DNA of 64,000 nt from Dicentrarchus labrax (lineage: Eukaryota): the NCBI RefSeq assembly GCF_905237075.1, contig NW_026136706.1, forward strand, positions 24,719,935 to 24,783,934, given 5' to 3'. Made by a program: the position numbers and the translations under genes. The notes below the pieces were generated by a model that saw only the letters and a list, made by a program, of their open reading frames with translations, had not been told where the DNA came from and searched no databases. The first letter of the stretch is position 1; each line of letters opens with the position of its first letter. Below are positions 58,939-64,000 of this stretch, piece after piece.

Positions 58939-61339
58939 TGCTCATAAAGTCACCAACTATTTCCTAGAGAGTCAGCTCTGCAGCACGGCTACAGCACAGC
59001 AGAACGATGATATAAGTCACAATTTCTCTGCAACTTCTGAGGAAGTCACAAGTTTCAGAGGTGATAAAAATAGTTTGTACAACAATTAACCAACTGAAAC
59101 TCGATTTCTCACATGAACAGATACTGTACATAAGAGTGAAGTCCCTAGATACACTGTATACACTTTATTTTAAGCTTGCACTGTTGAAGAAGTTAGCTGA
59201 ATTGGCGACTTCAAATGACCTCTAATGAGGAGAGAATGAATAAATGTAACTCTAGGACCCCTCAGAGAGGAATGATTGAGTCGCTTTATTTTATATTAAC
59301 ATTCTCAAATTTAATTTGCCCTAAAAATGATAGGTAACCCTTTCAAACACCCCTGCAACATGTGTATTGGAAAAATTCAGCAAAGGACAAAAATATCACG
59401 TCTTATCAAGGTCTTGTGAGTTACCAGGTAAGACAAAAGGCTATTTTGGGAAATGCTCATTTGATTTCTTGCTTTGAGTTCAATGAGAATGAAACATTAT
59501 TAAGGACTGGAAGCAACAGGGAAACCCCTTGTGTGAGCTCAGCACTTACCATTATCCAGCAGCGAGTTCTATCTTCAGAGACATTCATGTGATCCCACAG
59601 ACGTCTTCAGTCAGCCCAGGAAAAAAGACACGTCTTCCCAGGGTGAAATCAAGGTTCAAATTTTGTTGTCTTTTTGTCAAGTATTTCTATGGATTGACAC
59701 AAAATTTGGTCCAAGATGCATCAACTTACTGACCCATGAGGTACAACCACACTGAGTTTACTGCTCCTGTAATGATCTCTTGAAGATGATGATTACAGTC
59801 TCACTGGAATATCAACTCCCACCATAACAAAGAACAACAAATGACCACCAATACACCAAGTCTCTTGTGTGTAATTCACTTTTTGTCATTTCTTTAAAAA
59901 CAGGTATTTCCTACACAAACCACTGGTCATCAATGTAAAGTAATGGATCAGTTGCTCTGTCAGCGACTCTATTAACATCAGTCCAACTTATTGTTGTTCC
60001 AACATGTTTAACGCTGTGTTTTATCCTCGATGGGAATGAATATTTGTTTCACACTTTGATCAAGTTCTGCACATTTTGAAAGCTTGGTCAGCTTCTCCTT
60101 TCCTGTGCTTAGATATGCTTTGTGTTAGGCTTGTCTATGTTGAATAGACAACCACATTCTAAAGATGGTTAGAAGATAAAAGTGACGTTGTTGTGTTCTT
60201 TGTTTGAGAAAGGACCTTAAAGGAAGTGTAGTCCTCAACTTCTTTTATTTGAGAGAATAAGTAAACAACACAGCTGTGGGTCCGATCTGCTTCACTCGAA
60301 AGGTCCGCAGGATCAGGCACCAGGAGCACAGTCTGCTCCCTCTTTTTATGAGTTTGTTATTCTGGGTGTCATCCTTCCTGATTAGTACATGTGTCACTAT
60401 CTTTATTGGTCCTTATTTTGGCAGAGGCGGTTTCTTTGTATAATTCTGCAATGACCACTGTCCACACTCTGCCCATCACCTCCCAGGCTGGAGGTACTAA
60501 AATGTAATCAAAAAGGACAAAGGGTGCGCTTACTTACAGTGGGTGCTTCACCAGCTTATTGATTATTTAATTTAATTTTGAGTGAATGACTAAGGCTCAG
60601 TGTGTTTCTCATTTAGAGACTATTCTAAAACCTGCAGGCAAAGGTCACCAAGATAATCAGGAAGGACCTGTGACTGTGTCAGCAGAATATTTCCCTACAC
60701 AATGCCTGTTTTTTTCCCCACACCCAGTATAACAAACCCTCTTCACATGTTTTATTGTACAAATATCTCACACTAGCTAATTGAGCTACCTAGCTAACAG
60801 CAGCTACAATAGTTATCAGCTAAAGTAACCACGCACATACATACAACAAGCAATGCTATATGTCCTTTAGGAAAAATATGATGCAGTTTCACCAAAATCT
60901 GTTATAAAGTTGTGTTTTTGTACAGTAATCAGTGACGCCCAGCCAACCTAATTCTTGTCTCGTTTGTGGTCTGATAACAGTAAATTCAGAATCTAATCCA
61001 GTGCCCCATATCGCTATTTTCCAAACTAAGCTGTTGCTAGCTGTTGTATACTATTGAGCACACCACTAAGAAAATGAGGTGGTGCTCACAAGCACTAGTT
61101 GCTGCCTGATATAGCCAGACCCATCTCCACATTGTTTAGTGCTGTACCAGCTAGTTGCTGGCTGTACAAAGAAATACTGCGGTCATGTGTTCCTCCCCCA
61201 CCCACCTTTAACATGCCATGAAGACACAAATGTAGTAATTACTATATATATATATATATACAATAATAGGGGCAGGTTAGTGGAAAAGTACTGAGATGGC
61301 TGAGTTGAACAGGTGAGGAGGAACGCAGACTGTGACAGT

Positions 61340-61520
61340 GGCAGCCTTTCTTACTATGCTTTCTGCAGTTTACGCTGGTGAGTAGTTCACAGGTTTGTGT
61401 CAATGTATCTGAATGTGGGTTTAGAAGTTTTTAAATAAGATTGTAAAGCTTCTAAGCTCTTTGCAACGCCTTGTGCTGAAGTCAGCCCCAAACTAATGCA
61501 ACAGATTGAAGCATTCAGCC
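61340..61520 (-). repeat. Copy of the 9868..10131 repeat family
   Basis: Reverse complement of cttcaatctgttgcattagtttggggctga...; an exon-end-like ..CTTTCTGCAGTTTACGCTG|gtgagtag lies on the + strand at 61355-61395. Confidence 0.5.
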
Positions 61521-61681
61521 CTCTGAGTGGCTGTGATGTCAGTATACGGTAAGAACCAGTCTTCTGTTCATGGAAATGGTCTTATAGCTGTTTAGAATTT
61601 AAATAAATCTGCTCCAAAGAACAGATGTGATGTATATCAATGTAAAATAAATCATAAACTTAGTCTTAATAATGTTGTTTC

Positions 61682-62503
61682 CAGAGGTGTATAGTAACGA
61701 AGTAGATGTACTTTGTTACACTACTTAAGTAGTTTTTTTGAGGATCTGTACTTTACTTGAGTTTTTTTTTTTAATCAAGACTTTTACTTTTACTCTACTA
61801 CATATAAAAGTTAAAAAATATACTTTTACTCCGTTACTTTGACGTTTGCCACCTCGTTACTCGTTACAAATTAAAATAGAAATCTAATTAATCATCAAAG
61901 GATTATCTGGAATGGGCGTGTCCGAGAGGACGAGAAGAACAACATACGGTACTCTCGCGAAGATAAGAGGTAAGGGCGGGATGCGCGGGGCGGCGGAGAT
62001 CAACATGGCTACCTCCGCAGTTAACGCTGATGAGGAAGACAAGAAAGACGTTACCACACTGACAGCATCTCCTTCGGTTGAAGACGACAGTCACCCGCCG
62101 TGGTCATACCTGGCAACAGTGTTTGGCTACCTTGGGATGGGGGAATATCCTAAAACATACAGAATGAAGTGCCTCTTGTGCCTACCACAGTGCCACGGGA
62201 TAAAGGTGTTTAAGAACTCTCCATCCAACCTTAAGAAACACAAGGGGAGAACCATTTTTGGTTGTTTTGCTTCTTTTTATGCATACTATAAAAATACTTT
62301 GTACTTTACTTGTACTTTTGATACTTGAGTATATTTTTTCACAAGACACTTTTGATATTTAAGTACATTTAATGTGAGCTACTTTAAGACTTTTACTCAA
62401 GTGATTTTCTTATGGGTGACTTTAACTTTTACCAAAGTCATTTTCAGTGATGGTATTTGTACTTTTACTTAGTTATTTTTTTCAAGTACTTTATACACCT
62501 CTG
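61682..62503 (+). mobile_element. Tol2-like non-autonomous hAT element (822 bp) with TIRs CAGAGGTGTATA...TATACACCTCTG
   Basis: The 5' end cCAGAGGTGTATAgtaacg is at 61682 and the 3' end ctttATACACCTCTGg at 62503. The Tol2 TIR is CAGAGGTGTAAA. The element is rich in gtacttt/tactt subterminal repeats. It abuts the hAT pseudogene copy at 62505. Confidence 0.65.
61912..62328 (+). CDS. ORF with a C-terminal BED-like zinc finger inside the Tol2-like element
   Basis: ..DDSHPPWSYLATVFGYLGMGEYPKTYRMKCLLCLPQCHGIKVFKNSPSNLKKHKG.., matching W.YF...... C..C ...... SNLKKH. Confidence 0.45.
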   Translation: MGVSERTRRTTYGTLAKIRGKGGMRGAAEINMATSAVNADEEDKKDVTTLTASPSVEDDSHPPWSYLATVFGYLGMGEYPKTYRMKCLLCLPQCHGIKVFKNSPSNLKKHKGRTIFGCFASFYAYYKNTLYFTCTFDT

Positions 62504-62504
62504 G

Positions 62505-64000
62505 TTTAGCCTGTCCTGTCTCATTGTACTTCTAAGAAAGGATTTGATCCTTTTCAGTGTACTGAAACACCTCTCTGACTCTGCAGATGATGGGGGTTGT
62601 GATGGCTATTTGGGTTACTTTCAGTGTTTCAAAAAAAGTGCTCTGAAGGTTGTTCTCAGTCATTCTCAAAAGTGAGATTGCAGATGTTAAGCCCGCAAAC
62701 TCCACACTGCTGTACATGACCATCAGTTTATCCCTGCAGATCACTGGGTAATGAGCACATGGAATGTCCAGCTGCTTCTGCAGGAAAGTGTTCTTAAACA
62801 GTGGAAAGATTTCAGGGTCAATATGTTTGAAAGACACCAAGTGCCTGGCTTTCTTATTATTATTATGTGACAGCACTGTGCGGCTTTTGACACATTATCA
62901 AACCACTGCATCCTGCACGGCGTTGCAGCAGCTGCAGCTGTGTCCACATCTGGATGTGGCTGATTGTCATCTGTGGTCAGAAGTTCAGATATGGATGACG
63001 GAAAATTCTTCTGGGCCTGTCTCGTTTTGAGAGACCCTGTGATCTGTTTCTGAAGAATGCTGTAGAGAATATCTACACGCATGAGGGCAGAGTGGAAAGA
63101 AGATAAAACGAAAAGAAAGCTGATGTCCCCCAGAAATGTGGACAGGATGTGTGCTTGTTGGATTGACATGCTGTCCCAAGACTGATCATCCTGTACTTTT
63201 TCAAAACACTGTTTCAAAGTGTCCTGATGTTCAAACATGGTGTGGCTGGTGCAGCTTTTAAAGTTCCACCTTCTTTGTCCTGACGCTGGGATCCTCCTGC
63301 CACACACTTTATCCAGGACTGCAGTTCTCTTGGGGGACTTGGAGAAAAACGTTGGCAAAAAATATTCTGACGGCTGTGTGAGATGATGAGGTTTAACTGG
63401 TGGGCATAGCAGTGCACAAAGTGTGCGCGAGGGAACGTTTACTTTAACCTGGCCTTTAGCACCGCTCATTACAGCTGCCCCGCCATATCTCATATGTGCG
63501 ATCAGTTTGAACGTATATGGCTGCAGCTTCTCCAGCAGCAGTTATTCAAGTCCCGCCGCAGTTCTATCCACTAACGGGGAGAAACATGCCCCGCTGGAGT
63601 CAAGTGGGAGGTTCATCGGACCCCTGCAGGGCGACCTCGTGTCCCCCACAAAATGTAATACAGTCTACAATCTGTGAAAGTGAATGACTGTTTTACTTTA
63701 CCGGCTTGTTGTGTCTCTGTACAGCGGCCCTCATTAAGCTGACAGGTGATGTTCACTTTAACCAGCAATGGCAACTTTACTCTATTTCCAATGTGGCTCG
63801 TGCTTCATGTTTTCTAATTTTGTCGTATAAATGTTTCAGATCCACAATTCCTTGTTGGGTCCAAACCATGTCTCCTCCAAAAAGCAAACATGGGAAACAG
63901 AAAAGTGAATTCCTAGCTACACTTGCCAGTCCTTTCCTTAAAACCACGTAACACAAAAGTTAAGATTTTGTCTTTTGGATGATGTGTCCCCAATCTCTTC
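62505..64000 (-). pseudogene. hAT-superfamily transposase pseudogene, copy 2 (paralogue of 28925..30625), running to the window end
   Basis: 62505-62700 matches 28925-29120 and 63420-63990 matches 29860-30680. The minus ORF 62741..63493 retains MRYGGAAVMSGA. The 63214..63417 ORF retains MHCYAHQLNLI. Confidence 0.7.

Noticed and set aside
1-64000. The expectation of a prokaryotic-style novel system (defence island, operon)
   Set aside because: The sequence has spliced multi-exon genes, vertebrate microsatellites, and Tc1/hAT/LINE/SINE/gypsy content. There is no operon structure, so this expectation does not apply.

Overview
This window reads as vertebrate, most likely teleost fish, nuclear DNA. 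It is not prokaryotic: it has GT-AG introns, (CA)n, (GA)n and (GACA)n microsatellites, and Tc1, hAT, LINE, Deu-SINE and chromovirus transposable elements (TEs). I therefore found no operon-style defence or metabolic system.

The host-gene content is a cluster of type-II transmembrane C-type lectin receptor genes of the CD209/CLEC4/ASGR type. Five copies of a two-exon 5' module are present; each encodes a cytoplasmic tail beginning MEEIYxN and a transmembrane segment. Two of these are complete six-exon genes arranged tail-to-tail:
- Gene 2 (+ strand, 14473..17475) has a QPD/WND carbohydrate-recognition domain.
- Gene B (- strand, 36326..26943) has a QPS motif, has lost a cysteine pair, and carries a compensating neck/CRD indel.

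One module runs off the window start. Two convergent modules (52944..53235 + and 58938..58671 -) have no downstream lectin-domain exons in the window.

Almost everything else is mobile-element sequence:
- Three Tc1-like elements, one of which has an intact 346-aa ORF but Asp-to-Gly at the first DDE aspartate.
- A Ty3/gypsy chromovirus with a deleted integrase core and a truncated 3' LTR.
- Two non-autonomous hAT elements with perfect 8-bp target-site duplications (TSDs), each carrying a ZMYM1-like TTF zinc finger.
- Three other non-autonomous hAT elements that retain only BED-finger mini-ORFs, one with Tol2-like ends.
- Two copies of a decayed hAT transposase.
- LINE 5' and reverse-transcriptase fragments, and a Deu-SINE.

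The region 38.2-50.3 kb is an inverted duplication. Its short right arm preserves the empty sites for TEs nested three levels deep in the left arm.

Coordinates of exon boundaries were worked out by hand from GT/AG sites and reading-frame continuity and should be treated as +/- a few bases.
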